From the human T2T-CHM13v2.0 reference genome, Homo sapiens, in the NCBI RefSeq assembly GCF_009914755.1, contig NC_060937.1: a stretch of DNA of 64,000 bases; one strand, given 5' to 3'. The notes under the pieces were generated by a model. It was not told the DNA's origin. It was given only the letters and a program-made list of their open reading frames with translations, and ran no database searches. Position numbers and translations under genes: made by a program. This document shows, one piece after another, positions 14,791 to 29,345 of this stretch; position 1 is the first letter of the stretch, and every line of letters starts with the position of its first letter.

Positions 14791-16924
14791 TGATAAGAAT
14801 GTTTTGACACTTAGAATTTGAAGAGGTAATTTGAATGACATGAAGACTTTTCATAATTGTTAATGTTTTATCATAAATGCATCATTTCATTACATATATG
14901 ATTTCAAAGGCTTTGTCATATTCTTTAATCTAGTTATATGTCTTATGCACAGATGTTTATTTTATGGGAGTGTAACTTAATGAAAGCTAAGGGCAAATAT
15001 AATTTCATTTATAGAAATTTACTTTCCCTAACAACATTGAGTTATACTTCCATAAATTTTATTCCCTCTCAACTAGGGAGGGAGGATGTGGAAAACAAAA
15101 CAAAACAATTCTGGCCTTCTAAGTTCTTGAAGATCAAAGCTGCCATCTTGAGGAGTGTCTCCTCTCAACTCAAACAAGTGGGGACCCTTCCAGCTGAGGC
15201 CCAGGACACCTTTGTTTGTCCTAGAATACTCTTCTTTGATTCTGCCCTGAGGCTACATCTGGGGCACTCTAACTGCCCCCTTCAGTCTGTCCCCAAGCTA
15301 CAGGGCAAAATCCCATGGGATCCATGGTGAAACCCTAGGCTGGGAGATAAGACTGCAACATGCAAAACAGTCTTCTCAGATCACATTATGCCTGAACACC
15401 TGAGCACTTGGGGAAAGAACAAAGTAAAAAGCTAGCATGAAGGCAGTTTACATCAAGGTAAAGCTTCCAGAATATATTTCAAGTCAGCCTGAGCAATCAA
15501 AGTGATTGGAACCACTAAAATAATTTATGTCTTCATAGGAGTTTTCTTGAAAAGCAGAAGTTCCAAAAGCAATGCTGAAGGCAGTCTAGTGTGCCGGATG
15601 ATTCTCTGGACACATTGTAAAACACCACAAGCAGTTAGTGCAAGGGTGTGAAACACAGCACCTTTTTTGAGTTATATCTGGCCGTTTAAAAGCATGATTT
15701 TGGGAGGAAAGAGAGAAGAGGGGATCAAAATGTTTTCCCTCCTTTTTTCAGTGGGAGAGCAGAGAAGAAATGTTGGTCAAGATGCCCATGGATGGAAGAA
15801 AAGGTGGTGGGTGGGGGGCAGTGGTTAAGGACATAGAGGGGCAACTGCCTTGAGAAAAGGGAAACTTAGATGGAAAAATTAAAACTTGAACTTCTGGGGG
15901 AACTTACTTTGTTTTTTAATCTTTGTATGACTTTCTCCCATAAGCCTACCCATTTCCCGAAGTGATTTGAGATGGATTGTTTTCATCCAGGCCAGTCTTG
16001 GAATAGGGATGCCCAGCAGGGCCCAGGGTCTGGCACCCTCTCCTTGGCCTTAAGGCCAGATACCTGGGGTAAGTGTTGAGTCCAGGCCAGAGGTAGGGGT
16101 GAGGTAGGGGGAGAAGGGATGGTAACACCTGCTGGTGCTAAAGGCTCTCATCTACTGGCCCCATAGAGTTTGTGTGTCTGTTTGCACACATGATGTGTGC
16201 ACATACATGTGTATGTGTAGGGTGGCTGGTGGGAACCAACTCCTTCATTCCTCCACATGTTCTCCCGGGGCTCTAGGCTGCCATTTTGGAGAAAGACTCA
16301 CCTGTATTTGTTCTTCCTCCACTGAGGAACACCTCTGCCTTCGGTTTATTGCTGTTTTCTCTGGTTACAATTTTGGTTCCATTGAATAACATTGGCCTTA
16401 ATGTTCATTTACATGAGATTTTGCCTGTATTTGCCTGCACATGTGTGTGAGTGTGGGGGGCACACATATATGTATTTGCCTTTGTATCAGGGGAGGTGCA
16501 CCTAGTGATTCCCTCTGCATTCTACACCTGTGAGAGAAGATCCCAGCTGTTTCCCAGCTTAAATTTAGCAGGGAGGTAAATGGACCCTCTGTGGGTTTAG
16601 ATAAGGTGTATGGTCAAGCAGATGTTGTTTTTCCTTTTATAACTTGCCACCGACCTTCTCATTAGGGGCTGGAATAAAGTCATGAGATTATAGTCTTATG
16701 TTGCTAAGAAGGGGAAACATAACAAATCTACTAGCATTAATTTATATACCACGTTGACTCAATAAAAATCTTTGTAGATCTTGAACCTTAATCAAAGGAA
16801 TAACTCTTATGGTGGAAAAGTTAGGCTAGGTGGAGAGCATTCAGTGTCCTTCAGTCATACATAGTAGTTATCACTTGCTGATCCCAGGAAACCGGTAATG
16901 CTTTAGAGAGAATGGTTGTCATGG

Positions 16925-17570
16925 TGAGTTTGAATTACCTGTAGCTATTCAGATGAGTATTTGGATAGATAGTTAGGAGAGTACAGTTGTGGAGCTTGAG
17001 AAGGCAGATGAGGGCCAGAGGTGTGAATTTGGGGGCCATTGGTCTGTGGGTGATGATGAAGCAATGAACATTTGCAAGATTACAGAGGGAGAAATGAGAG
17101 GAGAAGCTGCCTACAGTGAGCTGGGATAGAAGCGTGGGCTGCACGGATGCAGGGACCCATGCTCTTTGTGACTTGTGAGACTGATAACAAATATACACGC
17201 GCCATGTTTAGTGGAGGGTTACGTGGTCTTTGTAAGTGTTACTGAAAATACATCTATCAGACTGGCCATTTCGTGCAAAGATGAAAGTTCATAGAATTCA
17301 ACTTACCAAAGATTTACTAACTGTCAAATACCATGTTCCATGCCAACAGAGAAAAATCACACATTCATTAGATCAATTCTTATTCCCAAGAAGTGAGGGA
17401 GACAGACGTGCAAGCACCTTACTAGAATATAAGGCCAAATGAAATAGGGTAATAACAGCTGGAGACAGTGGGAACTTAACAGAAAGAAAAATTCATCTCA
17501 AAGCGGGGCTTCAGGGAAGTTTTATTGAAAAAGTGGAGGGCTGACTAAGACTCCAACAGACAAGGAAGTG
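16925..17570 (-). mobile_element. L2 fragments
   Basis: GGAGCTTGAGAAGGCAGATGAGGGCCAGAGGTGTGAATTTGGGGGCCATTGG and GGGGCTTCAGGGAAGTTTTATTGAAAAAGTGGAG are typical antisense L2. Probably two pieces. Confidence 0.6.
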
Positions 17571-17949
17571 AGGGGAGAGAATCTGAGAGTGAGGACCCCT
17601 CTCAGTCTCAGGCTTTCTGGTCTAACACTGAGTATTAGGGAGATCTCTGGTCATTCTCCAAGCGCAGCCTCTAACTTCTACATGCCAGGCCCTATATGAG
17701 AAAATAAGAGCCTCCAAAATACAAACCCCTCTCCCCAACTGGCAGTGAATGGTGACTTCCAACAAGTACTTTCCAATGATACTCTCAAACAATGAAAATG
17801 ATACTTCATGGTTCCTTAAGCATGGCAGAGAGAACCACCAGATCACATAATGCAACTCATCTAATATTCCTATTGAAATACAGTGGGAATCACTTTAATA
17901 GCACTGAGAAAATACCAGTGAGATAAAGTCTATTTTAAAAAGTTTTGTT

Positions 17950-18309
<360 letters not shown>

Positions 18310-18538
18310 TTATTCTGGTGGAGACAGTGCTTGCAGGCCACATCCACTCTGTTCTTGAAGGGAGAAAGAACACCAGTGAAAAGTGAAGCATTGCTTTCCT
18401 CGAGCTTACATTTTTCCCGGCATGCACAATGTCGCCAGTGCATATGTTGAGGTCTTTGCGTTTGAAGCGTGGATGCTGTTTAGTCCTTACTGCATATATT
18501 TATTATGTGAGATTTATTTTAAAAGAGTCTGTGAAGTT

Positions 18539-18814
18539 GGCCATGGTGGCTCACATCTGTAATCCCAGCACTTTGGGAGGCCAAGCTGGACGGATCACTT
18601 GAGCCCAGGAGTTCGAGACCAGCATGAACAATATATTGAGACCTTGTCTTTACAAAAATTTTTTAAAAATTAGCTGAGCATGGTGGTGTGCACCTGTAGT
18701 CCCAGCTACTTGGGAGGCTGAGGTGAGAGGATCTCTTGAGCCCAAGACATGGAGACTCTAGTGAGCTGAGATTGCACCAGCCTGGGCAACATAGTGAGAC
18801 CCAGACCCAAAAAA
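18539..18814 (+). mobile_element. AluJ
   Basis: AluJ diagnostics GGATCACTTGAGCCCAGGAG and GAGGATC.CTTGAGCCCA. TSD TAAAAGAGTCT at 18520 and 18815. Confidence 0.9.
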
Positions 18815-19719
18815 TAAAAGAGTCTCTCAATCTTATATATGGTTCTCCCCTCTTTGTATCAAATTTAGCTAGTACACTGGCTAAATTGGAAATCAACCTG
18901 GGCAAGATCTTGTTTCTTTTCATGCTGTCTCCCCAAAAGTTAAGTGCTAATCAATTTGCTGACGTAACAAAAGAAGCAATCAGAATATGATATAAATATT
19001 AAGTAGAATATCTTTTCCTCTCTCAAGCCTTCCTTGGCTATCTTAGACTTAATAGTTCTCTTCTTTTTACTGGTTTTGTGCTTTCTAATTACAACTGTTA
19101 CATATCATGTTGGGTAATAAGAATTCAATTACTGCCATCTTTGACCTGAGTGACCTGAGGGCATGAGCTCTCTTGTTCATTAGTTCCAGCACCCAGCCTG
19201 CTGATAGACACATAGCATGAGCTCCATGATTCCTCATAGGAAGATTGGAGTACTGTAGAAATTATAGCATCCTAAAAACCCATTTGGATTTTCTAATGCC
19301 ATTCTTCTCTATATTGGTCAACCTGCTGGAGACTATTTGTGAATACAAATTATGTTCCCAAATACATCCTAGTCCAGGTAAGACAATGCCAAACATAGCT
19401 TGGAGGAGCTGTCATCTAGTGGGAAAAATTAATGGTCTACATACCACTGGGTCCTAGTCCTGGCATTGTACTACAATCCTTGCAGCTGAAGGTGGTTTTT
19501 TTACCTCTCTAGGTGCTGCGTTGCCATCTTTAAAGTCATCACACTGGACCACATCAGTATTGCAAGCTGCTTGGGTATCATTAATGAAGACAAAGTGGGA
19601 TTATTATTTTCTATGATTTGGGCTTTTGTGAGTTTATTTATTAATGTAGTCTCACCATCACACCCCCTCTTTTTTTTAAATAGGCATGCCATATTACTGC
19701 ATTGTAGTAAGCTTCTGAC

Positions 19720-20040
19720 TAATTAGAATTTCTGGATTATTCAAATTGAACTGCTGTTCATATTTTATGACTTTGCCATGTACTTTTTGGGACCTGAAAA
19801 GGTCTTCACAATGACCCAGTTAAATTTAATTCTGTTAGTTTTATCTAGCATTTCACTGGTGATGATACATTTGAATCTTGATTCTATATTCTATCATATT
19901 AGTTATCCTGCCCACTTTAGGGTCATCTGTGGATCTGATAAATGTGTTTTCTATATTTTTGTCTAAATTATTAACTTGAAATACTAACTAGAACAGATTT
20001 AAGGACAGACCCCTGTAGTACTTTGTGAAAGACTTTTTTG
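19720..20040 (-). mobile_element. L3/CR1 LINE reverse-transcriptase fragment
   Basis: The reverse strand encodes QGSV (GGACAGACCCCTG, cf. PQGSVL) and IRSTDDPKV (cf. IKFADDTKL) of CR1 RT. Confidence 0.7.
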
Positions 20041-20090
20041 CTGGTTGATAAATGATTAATTAACACCCTGGTTTTACTTGTTTATAACTA

Positions 20091-21100
20091 CAGTCATGTG
20101 TTGCTTAATGACTGGCATATGTTCTGAGAAACATGTTCTTAGGTGATGTCATCATTGTGTGAACATCAGAGCGTGTATTTACCAAAGCTAGATGGCATAG
20201 CCTACCACACACCTAGGCTGTATGCAATAGCCTGTTGTTCCTAGGCTGCACACTTTTATAGCATATTACTGTACTGAATACTGCAGGCAACTGTAACACA
20301 ATGGTTAAGTATTTGTGTATCTAAACATATCTAAACATAGAAAAGGTACAGTAAAATATGATATAAAAGATAAAAAATGGCATGCTAGTATAAGGCACTT
20401 ATGAATGGAGTTTGCAGGGCTGGAAGTTGCTCTGGCTGAGTCAGTGAATGAGTGGGGAGTGAAAGTGAAGGCCTAGTAATGATTGTTCACTACTGTAGAC
20501 TTTAGAAACACCTACACTTAGGCTACACTACATTTATAAAAATATTTTTCTTCAGTAATAGATTAACCTTAGCCTTCTGTAACTTTTTCACTTTACAAAC
20601 TTCTAAATTCTTTATACTTTTTACTCTTTTGTAATAACACCTAGTTTAAAACACAAACACACTATACAGCTATACAAAAATATTTTCTTTATTTATACCC
20701 TTATTCTATAAGTTTTTTCTATTTTTAAAATTTTGAATTTTTATTTACTTTTTAAACAATTTTTTGTACAAACTAAGACACAAACACACACATTAGCCTA
20801 GGCCTCCACAGGGTCAGGATAATCAATATCACTGTTTTCCACTGCCACATCTTGTGCCCCTGGAAAGCATTGAGGCAATAAAAGGCATGGGGCTGTCATC
20901 TCCTATGATAACAAGGCTTTCTTCTAGAATATCTCCTGAAGGACCTGCCTGAGGCTTTTTCTTGTTTTCACATTAGTGAAGACACTGAAGATGTCACTAG
21001 GCAATAGGAATTTTTAACCTCTATTATAGTCTCATGGGACCACCCTCTCTCTGTATGTGGGCTGTCCCCGACCAAAACGTTGTTATGCAGTGTGTGACTG
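20091..21100. mobile_element. Tigger3b/MER7-type TcMar-Tigger DNA transposon (non-autonomous)
   Basis: TIRs CAGTCATGTGTTGCTTAATGAC ... GTTGTTATGCAGTGTGTGACTG, TA target duplication at both ends, internal Tigger3 motifs (CACACCTAGGCTGTATG, TACTGTACTGAATACTG). Confidence 0.92.
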
Positions 21101-21694
21101 TAGTTGTAAGTCAATGCTACTGGACTAGCTATCAGTCAATCATATGCTTATAAAGATTCCAATCCTACCTGGCTCAAGAATTTCAGAGGGGACTTACTGA
21201 GTTGGACTGGTTTTAATTTGTACTACTTGAAAATTCAATATCAATCTAAATGTGAACTTCCCCTACAGGAGTAATCAAGACACCCCAGGGGGCCCTGGGA
21301 CCCCTTTGTCCTCCAATACAGGTTCTATGAGTTTGCAGGATCTTAAAATTTGTGTATGTAAGGCCTCGAAGAGCTCGGCTGCCTGGTTCTGTCCTGTGTT
21401 CTTGAAACAAAACTGACTTTGGGGCAAATTAGAAAGTAGATTCAAATTATTTCATTCTAGTTTGATGGCAGCTTTCCCTTCTTCTGTGACACATCTTCTT
21501 GCTATTGGAGGTGGCTGGGGTCTTCCTGGTTTCTTCCAGCTTTTCCTTTTCTGTCCCTCACTAGCGAGGTCACACACTCTCCTCTGGACTTCTCTCTTCT
21601 TATCAAGAGTTTGTGTCTCCTTTTCATTCCTCGGTGACCATTGCATGTGGCTAGGTAATAGAATGGAGGTACTTGCTTGCACAAGTGCTTGTGT

Positions 21695-21897
21695 ACACAA
21701 ACATACAGAGATACACACACAGACATATACAGACACACAGACACACCACACAGACATACGTCTACAACAGAAATACATAAAGATGCACACAGAGACATAC
21801 ATGTTCAAACAGACATACACACAGACACCAAGACACACACAGACACCCACACAGACATGCAGGCACACACATGCCTCCCCCACCACCCAGACATACA
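21695..21897. repeat. Degenerate CA/CAGA-rich low-complexity repeat
   Basis: Direct reading; explains the overlapping H/T- and V/C-rich ORFs. Confidence 0.9.
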
Positions 21898-22024
21898 TGC
21901 TGAGTCACTGATGGGCTAGGGAACCTCTGTTCTCCCAGCCACACGCAATCTCTGAGAATTGCCCTTGGGCTAACGTCCACACCACCCTGCCAGGCCCATT
22001 TTCCTGTTGTAGATGAAGAAAGAT

Positions 22025-22187
22025 CAGGGCTGGCCTCGTGGGCGTGTGACTGTGCCTACAGTTAGAAGGGTCCTGTATTTGTTTTAATGCTCTGCTCTTG
22101 TCACCTTGAAATCCGTAATTCCTTTTGAACAAGGGATCCTGCATTTTAATTTTGCACTAGGCACCACAAATTATGTAACCAATTCTG
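22025..22187 (+). mobile_element. MER45A (hAT-Tip100)
   Basis: CAGGGCTGGCCTCGTGGGCGTGTGAC...TTTAATGCTCTGCT...TGAACAAGGG..CTGCATTTTAATTTTGCACTAGGCACCACAAATTATGTA..CTG matches the recalled MER45A consensus. Confidence 0.8.
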
Positions 22188-22305
22188 AGGAGGAGTTATG
22201 TGTTCCGTAGTGTGATTTACCTGTGCACTATATCTGGGGACTCCGTCTGCATGCTAGCAGCTGCTGGAAGAGTCTATTTCACATTAATTTTCCTGCTGCA
22301 TATTT

Positions 22306-22335
22306 TCCAATAAACTATCTTCCAATAAACTATCT
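22306..22335. repeat. Perfect 15-bp tandem duplication
   Basis: TCCAATAAACTATCT twice. Confidence 0.95.
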
Positions 22336-22419
22336 TTTAAAGCTGTTAACAAGTGTTTTCTAAGAAAGTTCACTCAAGAATTCACCCTGATGGAACTATT
22401 TGTTTTACTCTCCTGTGGT

Positions 22420-23531
<1,112 letters not shown>

Positions 23532-23592
23532 TAATTTTTAAAAACTCCAACCAGAACATAAGTCATGAAAAGATGCAGCAAACATTTGAGAG

Positions 23593-23908
23593 TCAACAAA
23601 TATTTACTTTGGACCTACTAAATGCTGAACACTGTTCTAGAGTCTGGGGATAGAGCAGAGAATATAATAGCATCCCTGACCTTGTATAACCTACATTCTG
23701 GTGAGGAGAGACAGACCATAAGCCAGCAAAACAGAAGTAATAAACTAGCAAGCATATAGATGAGTGAGAAAATTGCATGCATAGACAAACGCTAAAGAGA
23801 AGGTTAAATAGGGTGATGTGGTAGAGGGTGACTGGAGGTGGTTTTAGCTTGGTGGTCTGAACAGGTCTCTCTGAGGAGTTGACTTCTGAGTTGAGACCTA
23901 AATGATAT
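23593..23908 (-). mobile_element. L2 3' end
   Basis: CAACAAATATTTAC...ACCTACTAAATGCTGAACACTGTTCTAGAGTCTGGGGATAGAGCAG...TCTCTGAGGAGTTGACTTCTGAGTTGAGACCTAAATGA. Confidence 0.85.
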
Positions 23909-25044
23909 TCTGGGTAAATGTAGTTTTGGTAGGGCTTTAAAGTATTAGCTGTAGCTCAAGCATGTTCACTGTTTTTGTGAACTATGACATCCATTTAAAT
24001 GATGTTCAAAGAGGAATGGTGGGACATCTCAAGTCAAACAAACATCCTGAACTCAGTGGATGAAGTCTCCAACAGGTTTCACTCCAGGGCATTTCCATGA
24101 AGTTCCACCTCTCCTTCACTTTGCTGTCAAGGCACCAGGCTTTGTTGTGTGCCCTGTAGGGGGTGGGAGTGGAGCACTTTAGTAGGAGTGATTTGTAGTT
24201 TCAGCGAAAGTGGAAGCTTCAGAACCTACCCCTCCAATTTGCTGAAGAAGGTGGGACAGAACCAAGGAAAGGCAATAAAACCGTGAACCACAGAAACACC
24301 TGCATCACCAAGTACATGCCCCGGGGCCAAAAGGGATGTTAGTGCCACTGGGATCAGATGGGATCAATTTCTCCATGTGCACTGATTCAGTGCTTGCTAC
24401 ACTGCTTCAAGCTAACCTCCCACTCTCACTGTCTCCATTTCAGAACCCAGTTCCTTTTCCCTCTTTCCGTTCATTTCGAGAAGACAATGTCAGAAAACAG
24501 AATGACGTATGTGTCCAAAGGCTCAAGGGCTTGGCAAGCGCTGGCTATAGTTTTTAGCACTTAATTGACAATTATTCATTGCCTCTTGTGATTATTTAAT
24601 TACACCCCCAACTGAACTTACCATTTTACCCCAGTGCTCCTCCTCTGACTTCACCATTCTATTCTTCCTTCTTTCAAATCCTGACCAGCAGGTCACTCAT
24701 TTGCAATTCCTACATATTTAAAGCAACGTTCACTCTCCCGATTTCTGACCTTTCAAACACCCTTGTAACTAAGTCCTTGTATTATATTCCATCTGTTTGA
24801 AATTTATGGTATGACCTCTGGTTTCTTGATTGTGTGATAATGTAAGCGATTTCTTTCTTCAATGACTTCTTTCTTTTTTACAATTGTGATATATACTTTT
24901 ATTTCTCATTGATAAATGGTTACAAATCATACTCCTAGGTTTATATAGCACTAACACTTAAACACATTGTAAAGCTTCTGGAAGGCTTATAATACCTTGT
25001 GTCTTCCAGCTTTATCTCCCAGACTGGATCTCATTTTTTTCTTT

Positions 25045-25315
25045 CTACTTTTCTTCCCTTTTTTTTCATAAAAATTGTATATATTTAAAGTGTACAACAT
25101 GATGTTTTGATATACATAGTAAAGTGATTACTGTAGTCAAAATAATTGATTATCCACCACCTCACATTGTTCCTTTTTTGTCTTGTGGTGAGAGCAATTG
25201 AAATCTACTATATTAGCTAATTCCCAGTACGCAATACAATATTGTCACCATTCTGTACATGACATGTCTAGACTTACTCATCCTACACAACTGTAACTTT
25301 GTATTCTTTCACCAA
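25045..25315 (-). mobile_element. L1MA 3' end
   Basis: AATTGTATATATTTAAAGTGTACAACATGATGTTTTGATATAC...GTGGTGAGAGCA..AAATCTAC. Confidence 0.8.
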
Positions 25316-25346
25316 TAGTGACATTTGTTTCTTGAGTCATCAATTT

Positions 25347-25564
25347 CTTTCCTTTTTTTCTTAACTTTTATTTAGGTTCGAGGGTACATGTGAACGTTTG
25401 TTACATAGGTAAACTCATGTCACGGGGGTTGGTTGTACAGATCATTTCATCACTCAGGTATTATGCTCAGTACCTAACAGTGATCTTTTTTGCCCCTCTT
25501 ACTCCTCCCACCCTCCACCCTTAACAGACCCCACTGTCCATTGTTTCCTTCTTTGTGTTGATTG
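25347..25564 (-). mobile_element. L1PA13-15-like 3' end (short)
   Basis: GGTACATGTGAACGTTTGTTACATAGGTAAACTCATGTCACGGGGGTT. TSD ATCAATTT at 25339 and 25565. Confidence 0.85.
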
Positions 25565-25579
25565 ATCAATTTAAAACAC

Positions 25580-27250
25580 TTTTTATTGACTCCCTGCCAT
25601 GAGTAGAAGCTTAAGCTACTTACACAACACCCGTCTGTCCCCTCTCTTCCAAATTTTGGTAATCATTATTTTAATTTTTCAGTGTTTCTTTAAAAAATAT
25701 ACCTGTAAACCTCAAATTTTGTGCAATCAACTTTAGAGATGGTCTCTTGACTCCTCACCATGTTAGATGAGACCATCCATATTCTTATCCTTCCTTCTAA
25801 CTCTTCCATATTATCCCGCCTCCCATCTTCTGACTATGAACTTTCATTTCTTTAATTATCAAAGTTGTTAACATTGACATTTTGTTCTATAACAATTTTA
25901 AATCTTGTATAGTAGATGGATTCTAAAGCTAAAAGCTATTTTATTATTATGCGTGAGAATAACATGTTGCCATTTCACAGCCAAAAATTATATTTTCTAA
26001 GATTGTATTTCCACAAGCTAAGGTTATGTTTTCTTCTCTTTATGTCTAGCATCACAAGCTCTTGACCCTCAAGAGACACTATGCTCACTATACAGGTCAA
26101 AAGGATAAATGCTTTTTATTTTCTTATAATTTATAAACTATTCAAAATCACGCAGTATTTTAGTATTTTAGTTTGTTTCGTATTTGGGCCATGATTTTTG
26201 TAAGATAGTGTTTTTCTTGGAGGTTCTAAATGTGAATTCGTTATTGAGATAGGACACTTCTTTCTCTCTCTCTTTTTTTTTCTTTTTTTCTTTTTTTTCT
26301 TTTTACCATGTCACTAATAACAAGCATCATTGTCATTCTGTACATTTGTACATTGCTTGGAAGCTGTAAGTTTTTTCTTGGACATACCATACATGGAATG
26401 TGCTGACATCCTGTTCCAGTTGGACCAATTGCTTTCTCAGCCTCACACACAGATATCATCCTAGAATTTCTTTTTATTGGACACTTGGTTGAGTTTCATT
26501 CTTTTTTTTTTATTTTTTTTTGAATTTCACTCTTTGTGTTTAGCTGTCATTTTTCTGGCGTAAATCCTCAAGTAATTTTCTCATAAAAATTGCATAGAGG
26601 GTAAACACTCTGTATATTCTCTGTGCAAAATTGTTATGATGATGTATGTAGGCATTGCCATTTTGCTCTGCTTAGATGGTCTTCCTTCTGGGTATCTGCT
26701 ATAAAAGGAAGGCTGACTTGAGCTCTGTGTTTGAGGGTGGAATATGTTGATTGTCAGGCTTCACTCTATGGGAAGCTGGTAGGGAGTCAGCCTTTAGACA
26801 AAGAGGGGCCTTGGCATTCTTGAATGAGGAGGGCCACTGGAGTGTCATTGTCTCCTAAGCAGCCTTAATTCTTCCCAGGAGGTTGACTGCACTTCTTGAG
26901 AGAGGAGTCCTCTAGTTGCTGTTTTGTCTGGGGGAGATGAAGGTGAAGACAGATGTCCAGTGAGCCTCTGGCTTTGTTCTCCTCTTTGCCATGCCCATGC
27001 CAGGCTTGCCAGCAAACAGCCTGCAGGGCTAGTTATCTTCCTTCTGTGTGGCTCTTCTCACCCTTCTCTCAGTGTCACTCATTATCCTCACTTTTCATTT
27101 GCTGTCTTCTCTACTCCTCACTTGTTTGCTTCTCATACAATGTTTAAGCATATTTCTGCTTTCTTTGGTGATACCCTATCTGATGTCATCTGCCTCTACT
27201 GGTTGATTATCTTCTTATTTTTTAAAATGTCTTTTCTGTTTTCCTCCATT
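25580..27250 (-). mobile_element. Probable ancient L1M/HAL1 fragments
   Basis: T-rich sequence with ORF1-antisense-like motifs (TCAAGTAATTTTCTCATAAAAATTGCATAGAGGGTAAAC); very diverged. Confidence 0.35.
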
Positions 27251-28421
27251 TTTCCTATAACTTGAGACAGATTTTCTCAGGCAAGAACACGTGTCATTGC
27301 CCTAATGGGATTCTAAGCCTGGGCATGGCGTTAAAGGTGGCTTGTCCAAATCTCCTTGGTACGGGTGAAGGCACTGAGGACTCAGGAGACTGAGTTGTCC
27401 ATGTTCACACAGCTAAGCTCATGACAGGGCCAGGGCTGTGTCCAGCTCTCCCGCACGTCCTGCCTGTGCTTACTCCCTAGATTGCAGATTTCTTCCTGTG
27501 CCTGGGAGAATTCATGTGAAATTTTGTCACCTTAAGTGGAAGATCTGTTTATGATGAAAAGTGCCCTTTAGTGTAAGAGATTCCAAAAGGCAGGTTCTTA
27601 GACTATGTTGGATAGATGTAGTAGCAAAATTTTAGGACTTCCCATAGCTCCAAATTATTAAACCTTTGTGTGGAAATAATAGAGTTTGGGGATTAGAGAT
27701 ACAAAAGGAGGATGAAGAATCTGCCCTTATTGAACAGCCCTGCTACCGTCATAGTTTTCTTCTTGTTTGACCTGATTTAACAGTGAAGCAAGCTCTGATG
27801 AGACTTATGGACTATTTGCAAATGATTGCAAAACTGCAGCCCTCCCAGAAGCTGGATTTTTTTTTTCTGTTTAGTTTTTTTGTGTGGCCTTGTGACAGAA
27901 TTATATGGAAGTAGAAGTTAGTTTAGTGTTATTCACATGTGTACACTTTTGAGAAACTTCGTGTGGAGAACCTGACTGAGATACTTTGCACAAAACTGTT
28001 AGGAACATTAACTGAATTAAATGGTGGGGGGAATGCATCTGTTTTATAACAGGTGCCGGAAAATGGACTATCACCAATATTGTATAGTCAAGGATGGAAG
28101 CAGGAGGATAATAGAGTTGCAGTGCGTATGCTAAACAAAAGACGACTTTCATTCCAAGGAAATGAGATAGAGACAGCACGAGTCTTACTTCTGTTGTTTT
28201 CCATGGAGGACCTTGACAGGAAGAGCAAGTTTTGTCTCAGTGATGTACAGAGTTGATCTTTAAGTTGCATGACAACATCATTATCTTGCTCTGGCTTAAA
28301 AAAAAATTATCAGCTTTGGGAACAATTGTCTCTTAACAGTAACTCAGATTTTAGGTTTCTCCTTCCCTGCCAGCCCAGGGTGATATGAACATTTTGAAAA
28401 AACTAGAGGTAGCTTTTTATC

Positions 28422-28424
<3 letters not shown>

Positions 28425-28460
<36 letters not shown>
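28425..28460. repeat. poly(A) tract, 36 nt
   Basis: Uninterrupted A36. Confidence 0.97.
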
Positions 28461-28462
<2 letters not shown>

Positions 28463-28949
28463 CCCTCCTGCACATTTGTTTCTTGAAGGACAGGTTTCTG
28501 CTTCTATCTTTTTGTTTTCTAGGTTGAGGATGATGAATGGCAGTTTCCAAATGTATTTCTGAAAAAGATGAATAAGAAAGAGCTGTTTCTGATTCAACCT
28601 TCCAATTCCTGGGAGAAATGGATGAAGTAGGAAGTAGAGAGAGCTGTAGATTACAGAAAGGCCAACATGAGGAGTTGCTTTTCTTGTAAATGTGTTTCAT
28701 TTAGAAGGCATGTGTGCTTAACAAAGGATTTAATTTGTGTGGAATTAAAAAAAACCAAACTTTTGACAATACATGTGAACAAAACTTCAAACTGCACCAA
28801 ATTATTTACAAATTTTCAGTTACCGTCTTTGGCATTCTAGCTGGATTATTCCACCTAAAATGCAGATCTAACTTTGTTATTTTTCTGACTGCAGTCTTGT
28901 GCTGCTCCACAAACTCCTAAGCAATAGTGTATGAGCCCTTTGTACATTG

Positions 28950-29345
28950 CCTTCTCTCTCTGTCCGAAGTCTTATTTTCCACCCTCCCTGCTTGACACCT
29001 GATGCATTATACTCTAGTGGTTCCTTCATACTCTGCTGCTCTGCACTTCACAAAGATCCTTCTCTCTGGAATACCCTTCCTATTTTTATTTGGCCAACTC
29101 TTACTGGATAAACTATCATTCTGTCCTGAAAGTCTTCCCTTAAACTAGGTGGGACTAAGACCCACTTTTCTAGACTCTGTGGCTTCTGGCTTGCTACTGA
29201 GTATCTTATATTTCTCTTTAGGTGTGAGTTGACCTTTTAGACTATGAGCGTCTTGTGAGTGGAGACTATGCCTTATTCATTTTTGCATGTGTCGGGTGGA
29301 TGCAGTGCTGAACATGTAATATGTGCACAGTAAGTGTTTGCCAAT
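28950..29345 (+). mobile_element. L2 3' fragment
   Basis: CTCTCTGGAATACCCTTCC, TAGACTATGAGCGTCTTGTGAGTGGAGACTATGCCTTATTCAT, CACAGTAAGTGTTTG. Confidence 0.6.

Noticed and set aside
20315-20340. TATCTAAACA doublet
   Set aside because: Recalled as part of the Tigger3 consensus.
21452-21980. 148-149 aa ORFs on both strands
   Set aside because: Artefacts of a CA/TG low-complexity repeat.
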